Of a stretch of DNA of 64,000 nucleotides, positions 40,073-48,912 are shown piece after piece (position 1 is the first letter of the stretch; each line of letters begins with the position of its first letter). This DNA comes from an uncultured Acidobacteriota bacterium (GTDB lineage: Bacteria; Acidobacteriota; Vicinamibacteria; Fen-336), in NCBI GenBank assembly GCA_964574335.1, contig CAZNNH010000003.1:9038-73037 (forward strand), written 5' to 3'. A program made the translations under genes and the position numbers. Under the pieces are notes generated by a model, which was not told the origin of the DNA, ran no database searches, and was given only the letters and a program-made list of their open reading frames with translations.

Positions 40073-40848
40073 CTCAGCCCGGCCTGCAGCCCGGCCAGCC
40101 CGGCGACCCCGATGAAGCCCACCACCAGAGCCCCCACGCAGCAGCAGACGGCCAGGAACGTCAGCAGCAGGGCGCCGTAGGCGCGGCCCTCGGGGATTTC
40201 GTGGGTGGTCGACAGACCGATCACGTACAGGGTCACCAGGTAAGGCAACGACAGCAGGCCGCCGCAGATCGGCAAGAGCTGGAAGACCGCCACCGCCTGC
40301 GCGTAGCAGAAGACCTTGAGCGTCATCTCGAAGCCACGGCTGCGGCCCACCAGCAGGAGGCCCAGGTGCGACAACGCGGCCGAGAAGAAGATCCCCATCA
40401 GCACCAGGACCGGTCCCAGCACCACCTGCAGCGCGAAGCCGAGCCATCCCTCGACGAACTGAGGGAGCTCTCCGAAACGGGAACGGGTATGGAACCCGCC
40501 CAGGCCCCCGCCCACGAGGTGGATCACCTGGCCGTAGACGGCCGAGGCCAGCAGGCCCAGGTAGCCCAGGACCGTCCCGTAGACGAGCTCGCCTCCCACG
40601 CCGCCTCCCTCGCCGCCTCCCGCCTTGACCGCGGCGAAGAACCTCGACGGCGAGAGCAGCACCGCCACGGTGGTGTCCCAGGCCGCCGCCACCAGGCCGA
40701 TCTGGTCACGTCGGTCCCAGGGAGTCGCCTCCGATGGCGTCGCGTCTTCGGGGAGCGCCGCAGGCTCGTCGGGGACCGCCCCTTCGGGACGGACCGTCCC
40801 TTCCGGTGGCGTCGTGGGTGGCGGCGGCGGCGGCGGGGTGGTCGTCAT
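40069..40848 (-). CDS. Yip1-family integral membrane protein with a poly-Pro N-terminus
   Basis: N-terminal 'TTTPPPPPPPTTPP' tail. The Yip1/DUF1282-like core has 5 TM helices (SPSRFFAAV..., LVYGTVLGYLGLL...). Confidence 0.7.
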   Translation of the reverse strand: MTTTPPPPPPPTTPPEGTVRPEGAVPDEPAALPEDATPSEATPWDRRDQIGLVAAAWDTTVAVLLSPSRFFAAVKAGGGEGGGVGGELVYGTVLGYLGLLASAVYGQVIHLVGGGLGGFHTRSRFGELPQFVEGWLGFALQVVLGPVLVLMGIFFSAALSHLGLLLVGRSRGFEMTLKVFCYAQAVAVFQLLPICGGLLSLPYLVTLYVIGLSTTHEIPEGRAYGALLLTFLAVCCCVGALVVGFIGVAGLAGLQAGLR

Positions 40849-40991
40849 CGATCGCCTGCTCGAGGAACGGGGATGGGCAACGTGCTCGAAGTCTATGAGG
40901 CCCCTGGCGGCCCGTCAAGGACTCGGCCAGGAGGGCCGCAGGAGCCCCGCTTGGCCAACGCCCCCACCCTGATGGTAGTCTTCTGTCCCCA

Positions 40992-41282
40992 ATGAGCCGA
41001 GTCACGATCGAGACGGTGGATCACGTGGCCAGCCTGGCCCGCCTGTCGCTCACCGACGACGAACGCGAGACGTTTGCCCGCCAGCTCGACGGCATCCTCG
41101 CCTACGCGGAGTCGATCCAGTCGCTCGACCTCGAGGGCGTCGAGCCGATGAGCCACGCCGGTCACGGCCAGAGGCTTCGGGAGGGCCCGGCCGCCGCCGG
41201 CCTCCCTCGCGAGCGCGTCCTCGCCGCGGCCCCCGACGCCGCCGACGGCCTGTTCCGCGTCCCTCGGATCATCGGCGAATGA
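40992..41282 (+). CDS. gatC: Asp-tRNA(Asn)/Glu-tRNA(Gln) amidotransferase subunit C
   Basis: 96 aa. 'VDHVASLARLSLTDDERETFARQLDGILAYAESIQSLDLEGVEPM' is the canonical GatC sequence. Its stop overlaps the gatA start. Confidence 0.85.
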   Translation: MSRVTIETVDHVASLARLSLTDDERETFARQLDGILAYAESIQSLDLEGVEPMSHAGHGQRLREGPAAAGLPRERVLAAAPDAADGLFRVPRIIGE

Positions 41283-42772
41283 GCGAGCTGTTCGATCTGG
41301 ACGCCGGCTCCCTGGTCCGGGCCGTCGCCCGCCGGGAGGTCTCGGCCGAGGAGGTGGTGCGGGCGCACCTGGCCCAGGCCGAGCGGGTGGACCCGACGCT
41401 GCGGTGCTTCCTGAGGCTGCTGCCCGAGCGGGCCCTGGCCGCCGCCCGGGCCCAGGACGAGGCGCTCGCCCAGGGCCAGCCGCCGCGGCCGCTCTCGGGG
41501 CTCCCCATCGGCGTCAAGGACGTCCTCGACATCGAGGACGTCCCCACCACCTGCGGCTCGCGGATCCTCGAGCACTACCGCCCGCCCTTCACCGCCACCG
41601 CCGTCACCCGCCTCGAGGAGCAAGGCGCGATCGTGATCGGCAAGCTCAACATGGACGAGTTCGCCATGGGCTCGTCGACCGAGAACAGCGCCTTCTTCCC
41701 GACCCTCAACCCCTGGGACCACTCTCGGGTCCCGGGAGGATCGTCCGGGGGCGCCGCGGCGGCGGTCGCCGCGCACCTGCTACCGGTGGCGCTGGGCTCG
41801 GACACCGGCGGGTCGATCCGCCAGCCGGCCGCCCTGTGCGGCGTCTCGGGCCTGAAACCCTCCTACGGCCGGGTCAGCCGCTTCGGCCTGGTGGCGTTCG
41901 CCTCCTCTCTCGACCAGGTGGGTCCACTGGCCCGGAGCGTGGCCGACCTGGCCCTCGTCTGCGAGAGCCTCTTCGGCCACGATCCGCGCGACGCCACCAG
42001 CGCGGAGCTGGAGGTGCCCGGCTTCCACGGGGCGCTCGTGGGCGAAGCTGCCGGGCTACGGATCGGCGTCCCCTGGTCGTTCCTCGAGTCGGGGGTCGAC
42101 GAGGCGGTCCTCCTCCGCTTCCGCGAGGGGCTCCAGGCGCTCCAGAAGGCGGGGGCCGAGCTTCTGGACGTCGAGCTCCCCAACCTCCGCCACGCCATCG
42201 CCGCCTACTACATCGTGGCGACCGCGGAGGCGTCCAGCAACCTGGCCCGGTACGACGGCGTGCGGTATGGGGTCAGAGCCGACGACGTCACCGACCTGCG
42301 CAGCCTGTACGGGCGGACCCGGGATCGGGGCCTCGGCGCCGAGGTCAAGCGTCGCATCATCCTGGGCACCTTCGTGCTCTCTTCCGGCTACTACGACGCC
42401 TACTACCTCAAGGCCCAGAAGGTGCGCACCCTGATCCGGCGGGACCTGGAGACCGCCTTCGAGCGCTGCGAGGTGATCGCCACCCCCACCACGCCGACGC
42501 CGGCCTTCCGCCTGGGCGAGAAGACCGCCGATCCGCTGCAGATGTACCTGGCCGACATCTTCACCGTGCCGGCCAGCCTGGCGGGTCTTCCGGGGCTTTC
42601 GATCCCCTGCGGGCTGGTGGAAGGGCTGCCGGTCGGCCTCCAGCTCATGGGCCGTCGGTTCGACGAGGCCACGCTGCTGCGGGCCGGACACGCCTTCCAG
42701 CGGGCCACCACCCACCACACCCTGGCCCCTCCCCGGCTCGACGAGGCTGGCGAGCGACCGGCAGCCGGCTAG
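41279..42772 (+). CDS. gatA: Glutamyl-tRNA(Gln) amidotransferase subunit A (amidase signature family)
   Basis: 497 aa. Amidase signature 'GGSSGGAAAAVAAHLLPVALGSDTGGSIRQPAALCGVSGLKPSYGRVSR'. Confidence 0.9.
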   Translation: MSELFDLDAGSLVRAVARREVSAEEVVRAHLAQAERVDPTLRCFLRLLPERALAAARAQDEALAQGQPPRPLSGLPIGVKDVLDIEDVPTTCGSRILEHYRPPFTATAVTRLEEQGAIVIGKLNMDEFAMGSSTENSAFFPTLNPWDHSRVPGGSSGGAAAAVAAHLLPVALGSDTGGSIRQPAALCGVSGLKPSYGRVSRFGLVAFASSLDQVGPLARSVADLALVCESLFGHDPRDATSAELEVPGFHGALVGEAAGLRIGVPWSFLESGVDEAVLLRFREGLQALQKAGAELLDVELPNLRHAIAAYYIVATAEASSNLARYDGVRYGVRADDVTDLRSLYGRTRDRGLGAEVKRRIILGTFVLSSGYYDAYYLKAQKVRTLIRRDLETAFERCEVIATPTTPTPAFRLGEKTADPLQMYLADIFTVPASLAGLPGLSIPCGLVEGLPVGLQLMGRRFDEATLLRAGHAFQRATTHHTLAPPRLDEAGERPAAG

Positions 42773-43236
42773 GTGGTCCCCGTCGGCTCCTGGCCAGCGC
42801 CAGGGCGCGGGGGTGCCGAGGGCGCTCGCGAAGACGACAAGAAGCGAAGCGCCAGGACGTAGCTGACCGACCCTGCCGCCACCCCGAGCACCAGGTTGCC
42901 GACCACGAACGGCCAGAGGTACGGCATCAGGCCGGTCAGGCTCCACTCGATCTGCTCGAGCTCGTGCGCCGAGACGCCGAGCAGGGCGCACCCCACCCCG
43001 GTCCCGGCCAGGTAGAGGGGGCCCATCGTCCAGGGGTTGTTGATGTAGGCGCCGATGAGGATGGCGACCCGGTTCAGGCGGAAGACGAAGGCGATGGCCA
43101 GCGCCAGCAGCGTGTGCAGACCCAGGATCGGGGAGAAGGCGATGAGCACGCCGATGGCGAAGGCGAGCGCGGTCCTCTGGGGCGGCTCGTCGATGTGCAG
43201 GAGCAACTGAGCCGCGCGGCGGAACCGGCTGCTCAT
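42769..43236 (-). CDS. DUF2062-family membrane protein
   Basis: 155 aa. 'LAFAIGVLIAFSPILGLHTLLALAIAFVFRLNRVAILIGAYINNPWTMGPLY' is typical of DUF2062. 4-nt overlaps on both sides. Confidence 0.6.
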   Translation of the reverse strand: MSSRFRRAAQLLLHIDEPPQRTALAFAIGVLIAFSPILGLHTLLALAIAFVFRLNRVAILIGAYINNPWTMGPLYLAGTGVGCALLGVSAHELEQIEWSLTGLMPYLWPFVVGNLVLGVAAGSVSYVLALRFLSSSRAPSAPPRPGAGQEPTGTT

Positions 43237-44321
43237 CCGACCGTCGGCCGAGTCGGCGGGCCCGGCTTGCGGCTCCCGAAGGCGTCGTGCCCGGCCGGGG
43301 CCAACGGAGACAGCCGCTCACCCCGCCGGAGCGACACCGAGGGTGCGCCGCTCGTGAACTCCCCGATGCTGTGAAGGGGCACGTCCCAGACCACCGCCAG
43401 GTCGCGCACCGCGCCCAGGCGATCGGGGGCCACCGCCAGCAGGAGCTGGTAGTCCTCGCCGCCGTGCAGGGCCAGGCCCAGGCTGTCCCCGCCGCGGGCG
43501 CGCTCCAGGGCCGCCGCCTTGGGGTCCACCGGCACCGCCTCGAGGTCCACCACGCACGGGAGCCCGCTCTCCTGGCACAGCTCGGGGAGGTCGCTCGAGA
43601 GGCCGTCCGAGACGTCCATCGCCGCGTGCACCAGACCCTCCTGCTCGGAGATCGCGCGGGCGAACGCCAGCGGCGGGGCAGGGTCGAGAAACGCACGCAG
43701 GCAGTCGAGGACTGCAGGCTTGGAGGAATCGGTCCACACCCCGGTGGCCTCGACCTCGCCGTCCTCGTTGAGCCGCGCCCCCTGCCGGACCAGGTCGAGC
43801 CCGGCCGCCGCCGCTCCCAGGCTTCCGGTCACCACCAGCAGGTCGCCGGGCGCGGCGCCTCCCCTCGTGATCAGGCGGTCGCCGGCGCCCAGCAACGTCA
43901 CGTCGATGACCACCGGACCGGAGCTTCTGGCGACGTTTCCGCCCACCAGGCTGACGCCGGTCTCGGCAGCGCGCTCCAGCAGGCCGTCGTAGAGGCCGGC
44001 CACGAAGGACAGGCGCAGGTCGGGCGGCAGGTGGAGCGAGACCGTGGCGTAACGCGGCACGCCGCCCATCGCGGCGATGTCCGAGAGGTTCACCGTAAGG
44101 GCCTTGCGACCCAGAAGACGCCCGGGAGACCAGTCGCGCTCGAAGTGCTCTCCCTCGACCAGGCTGTCGGTGGTCAGGAGGGTCACCGGGCCGGTCTCGA
44201 CCGCCGCCGCGTCGTCCCCGGGTCCCACGGTGACGCCCACTCCCCCCGGTACCCGCGAGCGCAGGTAGCGCACCAGCGCTCGCTCGCCGAGCTCGCCGAC
44301 CTTGAGGTCCAGATCGATCAC
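43233..44321 (-). CDS. thiL: Thiamine-monophosphate kinase
   Basis: AIR-synthase-related fold. N-terminal 'GDDAAAV...LLTTDSLVEGEHF' and 'LSDIAAMGGVPRYATVSL' match ThiL. Confidence 0.85.
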   Translation of the reverse strand: MIDLDLKVGELGERALVRYLRSRVPGGVGVTVGPGDDAAAVETGPVTLLTTDSLVEGEHFERDWSPGRLLGRKALTVNLSDIAAMGGVPRYATVSLHLPPDLRLSFVAGLYDGLLERAAETGVSLVGGNVARSSGPVVIDVTLLGAGDRLITRGGAAPGDLLVVTGSLGAAAAGLDLVRQGARLNEDGEVEATGVWTDSSKPAVLDCLRAFLDPAPPLAFARAISEQEGLVHAAMDVSDGLSSDLPELCQESGLPCVVDLEAVPVDPKAAALERARGGDSLGLALHGGEDYQLLLAVAPDRLGAVRDLAVVWDVPLHSIGEFTSGAPSVSLRRGERLSPLAPAGHDAFGSRKPGPPTRPTVG

Positions 44322-44425
44322 CAGGGCACCCCCCTTGTCGGGAGCTGTCGGCTCGGGGCTGTGGGGCGGAGACGCTGGCAGAAGACCCAGCGACGACGAG
44401 GTCCCCCGCCCCTGCCGTGTGGGTG

Positions 44426-44446
44426 GGTGACCTGAACCAGGTCACC
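44426..44446. promoter_or_regulatory. Perfect inverted repeat GGTGACC-N7-GGTCACC in the thiL upstream region
   Basis: The 21-bp sequence ggtgacctgaaccaggtcacc lies 105 bp upstream of the thiL start and has perfect 7-bp arms. It is a candidate dimeric transcription-factor site. Confidence 0.3.
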
Positions 44447-44636
44447 AGGTGGGGGCCCTACGTCCCGCTTCAGGCTTCCTCGACGCGGAGGCGTGCACAC
44501 CGCGGAGCGACAGCGGGCTCCCTAGACAAGCTACGTTGGTTCACGGTTCCCTTACCATCACGAACAGCGCAGGGGACCTCTTCGGGAGCCATCATAGGCA
44601 CAAGCCCGATGGCTTGGCAAGAGAGAGCACGGGGGC

Positions 44637-45575
44637 TCAGTGCCCGAGCCGACGCAGCTCCTCGAACAGCTCGCGCTCGCGCGCGCCGATCTGGGTCTTC
44701 AGCTCCACCTTCAGCACGGCCAGGAGGTCACCCCGCTGGCTGCGGCTTTCCAGGCTGGGGAGTCCCAGCCCGCGGAGCCTGAAGGTGCGCCCGCTGGGAC
44801 TGCCGGCTGGGATCTTGATGCCGCGGGGCCCGTCCAGGGTGACCACATCCACCTCGCCCCCCAGCACGGCGGTGGTCAGCGGGACGGCCAGCGTCGTCTG
44901 CAGGTCGTCGCCCTGCCGCTCGAAACGCGGGTCGGGGCGGATGTGGACGCGCAGGAAGAGGTCGCCGCCGGATCCTCCGCCGGAGCCCGGGCCCCCTTCG
45001 CCCGCGGCCCGCACCCGGGATCCCTCCCGTACCCCCGGCGGGATCTTGACCGTCAGCTTCCGTGAGCCGCTTTGGCCCGAGACCGAAAGCTCCCGGGTGG
45101 TCCCGTTCAGGACATCCTCGAGGCTCAGCTCGACGTCGGTCTCGAGGTCCTGGCCGCGCTGCCCTCCGCCCCGCCCTCCGCCGCGTCCGCCGAAGCCGCC
45201 CGGGAAGACCTCCTCGCCGCCGAAGCCGGCGCCGGAGAAGAAGGTCCGGAAGAAGTCGGAGAAGCCGCCCAGGCCCTCGACCCCGCCCACGCTGAAGTGC
45301 ACGCCGCCGCCGCCGCCCGGCCACGGTGGGGCCTGCCGTCCCGAGTAGGCGGACCAGTTCTGGCCCAGCACGTCGTAGCGGCGTCGCTTCTCCGGGTCCG
45401 AGAGCACCGCGTTCGCCTCGTTGATCTCCTTGAAGCGTGCCTCAGCCTTGGGGTTGCCCGGGTTCACGTCCGGGTGGTGCTTGCGCGCCAGCCGCCGGTA
45501 GGCGGCCTTGATCTCCTTCTCGGGGGCGTTCTTGGGCACCCCGAGGATCTTGTAGTAGTCCTTGTACTCCACCAC
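44637..45575 (-). CDS. cbpA: DnaJ-domain co-chaperone of the CbpA type (J domain plus C-terminal substrate-binding domains, no zinc finger)
   Basis: J domain '[63 protein letters not shown]' with the HPD motif. A G/F-rich region follows. The C-terminal DnaJ_C domains have no CxxCxGxG repeats. Confidence 0.85.
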   Translation of the reverse strand: MVEYKDYYKILGVPKNAPEKEIKAAYRRLARKHHPDVNPGNPKAEARFKEINEANAVLSDPEKRRRYDVLGQNWSAYSGRQAPPWPGGGGGVHFSVGGVEGLGGFSDFFRTFFSGAGFGGEEVFPGGFGGRGGGRGGGQRGQDLETDVELSLEDVLNGTTRELSVSGQSGSRKLTVKIPPGVREGSRVRAAGEGGPGSGGGSGGDLFLRVHIRPDPRFERQGDDLQTTLAVPLTTAVLGGEVDVVTLDGPRGIKIPAGSPSGRTFRLRGLGLPSLESRSQRGDLLAVLKVELKTQIGARERELFEELRRLGH

Positions 45576-45626
45576 GGTTCCGTGCCTCGTCTCATCATCG
45601 AGTCTAGCTCAGGACGCGGACGACGA

Positions 45627-47714
45627 TCACCGCCCCCCTCGAAGCGCGGCGACCGCCCGGTCAACGGCCCGCACCAGCCTCTCCGCCTCGACCCGGGCGC
45701 GGTCGGCGTCCTGGGCCTCCACCGCCTCGGTCAGGCCGGGAAGGACCAGCGCCGCGTAGGTGGGGCGTGGCGCATACACGAGGTGCCGGAACCAGGGACG
45801 GCCCTCGAGACCGGCGGGGTCGATCAGGGCCCGCTCGACCCGAAGCAGGGCGGCGTGGATCCGCCCGAGGCGCGCCCGGTCGCCGTCGGCCAGCGCCTGC
45901 TCGGCCGCCTCCCCGACCGCTCGCGCCGCCTGTTCCCAGCCCCGCACCGCCGCCTGCAGGGGGGCCAGGTCCACGTCGACGTGACGCTTCCGGGCCTCGC
46001 GGCCGACCTCGTCGACGTAGGCTCCCACCTCCCGCGCGTAGGCCGCGTAGTCGAGGGGAGCGACGTCGCACTGGGCGAGGCGCAGGCCCGCCACCGCCCA
46101 GTAGCGGGCCAGCGTGGCGTGGTAGAGGTAGCCGGGATCCCCGATACGATCCACCCAGTTGAAGCTGTCGTAGATCGAGTGGTACACGCCGTAGGGCCCG
46201 TCGAACGTCAGGTCGGCCACCGGGATGCCGAGGAAGTTCAGGAAGACGGTGTAGTCCGAGCCGCTGCCCAGGCGAGTGGCCACCTCGGCCTGGTCGGCAG
46301 CGACCGAGCTGGCCCGCCGGGCCGACGGACTCTGGCCCTGCCGGAGCCAGTTGTCGTAGACCGACCCACCCCGCGGGTCGGGGACCGCCCGCGCCACCTC
46401 GCGCAGGAAGCCCGCCAGCGCCGGCACCGCCGCCGCCCGGAACTGGTTGCCCGAAGCGGAGCTGTCCACGTTGAGGTAGGCGAGGGCCCCCGCCTGCAGA
46501 CGCTCGGCCTCCAGCTCGCCCCACTCGGTGCTGCCGGTGAGCGTGAACTCCTCGGCGTCCCAGGAGGCGAACACCAGCGTGCGGCGGGGCCGGAAGCCGT
46601 CGCGGGCCAGCTCGCCGAAGGCCCGCACCATCTCCATCAGGCTGGCGCTGCCGCTCGACGGGTCGACGCCCCCGTAGACCCAGGCGTCGCGGTGGTTGCC
46701 CAGGACCACCCACTCGTCGGGTCGCTCGGCACCCTTCAGCCGACCCACGACGTTCCAGATCGAGCGCACCTTGCGGTCGTTTTCGATCACCAGGTGCAGA
46801 CGCGCCGGCCCCGGGCCGAGGCGGTAGGTGACCGGCAACCCGCCCTGCCAGGCCAGCGGGGCCACCGGTCCGCCGAGGTTCTCGACCAGGTGGCGCGCGT
46901 CCTTGTAGGAGAGGGGCGCCGCCGCCACCGTCGGCATCGACACCGCCTGATCTGCCGGGACGAAGCGGCCTCCCGGAACCGATGCCCAGCCGGGCGTGCG
47001 TGGGTCGCCCGGCAGGTTGAAGTCGTAGACGATGCCCCCCCGCTGCAGGTGGCTCTCGGGGCCCCAGGGCCCCCGGGGATACACCTCACCCTTCCGGTAC
47101 CCGTCGTCGGCCGGGTCCGAGTAGAGCAACAGCGCGGCGGCGCCCCGCTCCTGTGCGGTCTGGGCCTTGAAGCCGCGGTAGCTGTAGGGGACCGAGTAGC
47201 GGGCCAGCGCGATCTTGCCCCGGACGTCGATCCCCTCCCCCTCGAGGACGTCGTAGTCCTCGGGGTTGCCGCTGTTCACGTAGACGACGTCCGCGGTCAC
47301 GTCGACGTCCGCGGAGTAGGCGCAATAGGGGATGCCGACCTCGGCGTAGGAGTCCTTGTCCTCCGGGATTCCTTCCTCGCGGAGCGAGAGCTTCTCGGCC
47401 ACCGGCGCGACCAGCTCGGCCTGGTAGCGCACCGGCCAGGGGAGGTAGACGGGGTGCTCGATGAGGCGCACGTCCTCGAGCCCCCAGGCCCGCCACCGCT
47501 CGGCCACGTACAGGGCCAGCTCGTGGTTCCGCTTGGAGCCCGCCATGTGCGGCTCTTCAGTGAAGATGCGGTGCTCGCGGCGGCACGCCTCGGGACGGAT
47601 CGTGGCCAGAAGCCGCGCCTCGAGCGAAGCCTGGCCGGCGACGCGGTCCGGAGTGAAGCCGGCCGGAGCGCCCGCCACGCCCGCGGCCAGGAGCAGCCCG
47701 CACAGAGAGATCAT
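45627..47714 (-). CDS. Secreted M28-family peptidase with PA and transferrin-receptor-like dimerisation domains (glutamate carboxypeptidase II / PSMA-like)
   Basis: 695 aa. Signal peptide, PA domain, M28 zinc-binding region (HRDAWVYGGVDPSSGSASLMEMVRAF, SWDAEEFTLTGS, the NVD motif) and a C-terminal TFR-dimer-like helical domain. Confidence 0.8.
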   Translation of the reverse strand: MISLCGLLLAAGVAGAPAGFTPDRVAGQASLEARLLATIRPEACRREHRIFTEEPHMAGSKRNHELALYVAERWRAWGLEDVRLIEHPVYLPWPVRYQAELVAPVAEKLSLREEGIPEDKDSYAEVGIPYCAYSADVDVTADVVYVNSGNPEDYDVLEGEGIDVRGKIALARYSVPYSYRGFKAQTAQERGAAALLLYSDPADDGYRKGEVYPRGPWGPESHLQRGGIVYDFNLPGDPRTPGWASVPGGRFVPADQAVSMPTVAAAPLSYKDARHLVENLGGPVAPLAWQGGLPVTYRLGPGPARLHLVIENDRKVRSIWNVVGRLKGAERPDEWVVLGNHRDAWVYGGVDPSSGSASLMEMVRAFGELARDGFRPRRTLVFASWDAEEFTLTGSTEWGELEAERLQAGALAYLNVDSSASGNQFRAAAVPALAGFLREVARAVPDPRGGSVYDNWLRQGQSPSARRASSVAADQAEVATRLGSGSDYTVFLNFLGIPVADLTFDGPYGVYHSIYDSFNWVDRIGDPGYLYHATLARYWAVAGLRLAQCDVAPLDYAAYAREVGAYVDEVGREARKRHVDVDLAPLQAAVRGWEQAARAVGEAAEQALADGDRARLGRIHAALLRVERALIDPAGLEGRPWFRHLVYAPRPTYAALVLPGLTEAVEAQDADRARVEAERLVRAVDRAVAALRGGR

Positions 47715-47994
47715 GGGTCCCCCCTTTCCCCCCGAGTTTCGGAGGAGGACTGCGCGGATTCTACCCCCCGGCCGGCCCCGGGACTCTCCCCCCGGGAAGG
47801 CCCCAGGCGGGACCTCGAGGGGGCGCGGGGCGTGCCCGGGGACCGAGTCGCCGATCGGAGTCCCCTGCTATCTGGCTTGATACAAGCCGGTTACCGCCTT
47901 GCCCTCGGCCCAACATCAGTCCCCGAAAGAAAAACGAATCCCCGGAACTCCCCTGGCAGGGCCTGCGTCTATGCTGTCGGGTGGAGGAGGAACC

Positions 47995-48144
47995 GTGATC
48001 CTGATCCAGATCCTCGGAGCCCTGGCACTCCTGGCCGGAAGCGCCCTCGTGCTGCTCGCCGTCTGGGAGGCCGATCGCACCCAACCGGAGGCCAGCCCGG
48101 CCCGCACGCTCGAGACCGGAGAGACCTTGCGCAGGGCGGCGTGA
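47995..48144 (+). CDS. Small single-TM hydrophobic peptide (49 aa) upstream of tRNA-Glu
   Basis: GTG start preceded by GGAGGAGG 4 nt upstream. The translation VILIQILGALALLAGSALVLLAVWEADRTQPEASPARTLETGETLRRAA has one TM helix. An in-frame ATG at 47971 is an alternative start. Confidence 0.3.
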   Translation: MILIQILGALALLAGSALVLLAVWEADRTQPEASPARTLETGETLRRAA

Positions 48145-48195
48145 CCCGGCAGGCCGCCGACCGCGACGTGGTAAACTCCCTTTTCCCCCGACCAC

Positions 48196-48272
48196 GACCC
48201 TGTGGTGCAGAGGCCCAGCACGTCACCCTTTCAAGGTGAAGATCGCGGGTTCGAATCCCGCCAGGGTCGCCA
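48196..48272 (+). tRNA. tRNA-Glu (TTC)
   Basis: GACCCTGTGGTGCAGAGGCCCAGCACGTCACCCTTTCAAGGTGAAGATCGCGGGTTCGAATCCCGCCAGGGTCGCCA. Acceptor GACCCTG/CAGGGTC, D-arm GTGC-AGAGGCCCA-GCAC (the E. coli tRNA-Glu-like 'AGAGGCCCAGGAC'), anticodon stem TCACC/GGTGA with loop CTTTCAA (anticodon TTC), T-arm GCGGG-TTCGAAT-CCCGC and an encoded CCA. Confidence 0.9.
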
Positions 48273-48293
48273 CCTCCGATCGCCCCGGCGGGG

Positions 48294-48608
48294 CTACCGC
48301 GCGTAGGCCGAGTCGTGATCGGGGTGCAGTGAGACGACGCGCAGGAAGTCCCCATCGCGGTACGCGACAGCGCGGATCTTCTGGCTCAGGCGCAGCGAGT
48401 GGACCTTGGCCCCGTTTGGGGCCTTGAGGTGCTCGATCCCCTCCCATTGGAGGCCGGTGTGGCGGTAGAGGGCCGTCCACTCCAGCGCACGCAGTCGGCG
48501 CAAGGGCGCAACGACCTGCTTGAGCTCGGCCTGCTCCAACCTGAAGAAGACGTCCTGGAACTCCGGGCTGTTCAGGTCGAGGCGGACGCGGCTACTTCCG
48601 GCGGCCAC
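48294..48608 (-). CDS. Type II toxin of the RelE/ParE superfamily (HigB/ParE-like)
   Basis: 104 aa. The C-terminal 'LKAPNGAKVHSLRLSQKIRAVAYRDGDFLRVVSLHPDHDSAY' fits the RelE/ParE pattern (G..vxSLRisxxyRxxyrxxgdxLxvlxxxHxxxxY). It lies immediately downstream of an AbrB-type antitoxin and overlaps it by 17 nt. Confidence 0.55.
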   Translation of the reverse strand: MAAGSSRVRLDLNSPEFQDVFFRLEQAELKQVVAPLRRLRALEWTALYRHTGLQWEGIEHLKAPNGAKVHSLRLSQKIRAVAYRDGDFLRVVSLHPDHDSAYAR

Positions 48609-48891
48609 GCGAGCGTCCCCGCGGGCCCGTGCGGCGCCTCGCCAACTCCTCCACGTCGCTCTCCGCCGCAGGCGTCGCCGCGGCCCAGGCGAGGCCGCTT
48701 CCGATGCGGGAGCGGTCGGGCTCTTCGAGCGTCCAGAGCTGGGACTGCGGCACCACCGCGACGGCCGTCAGCAGGATGCTGCCGTCCGGGCGCCGCTCGA
48801 CGCGGAGGGGCTTCCCCGCGTAGCTCTTGCCGAGCGAGATCTGTCCGCTCTTTCCCACCACCTTGATCTCGGCGCCGGCCACGATGGGCAT
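48592..48891 (-). CDS. AbrB/MazE/SpoVT-type (swapped-hairpin) antitoxin
   Basis: About 100 aa. The N-terminal 'MPIVAGAEIKVVGKSGQISLGKSYAGKPLRVERRPDGSILLTAV' matches the SpoVT/AbrB swapped-hairpin domain. The C-terminus is disordered. The start at 48891 is preceded by AAGGGAGGGGG. Confidence 0.6.
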   Translation of the reverse strand: MPIVAGAEIKVVGKSGQISLGKSYAGKPLRVERRPDGSILLTAVAVVPQSQLWTLEEPDRSRIGSGLAWAAATPAAESDVEELARRRTGPRGRSRGRRK

Positions 48892-48912
48892 TGCCCCCTC
48901 CCTTACTGCTGT

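Noticed and set aside
44322-44636. TPP riboswitch or SRP (4.5S) RNA upstream of thiL
   Set aside because: There is no CUGAGA or THI-box core and no GGAAGGAAGCAGCC domain-IV motif. The partial 'ACCAGGUCA' resemblance is too short.
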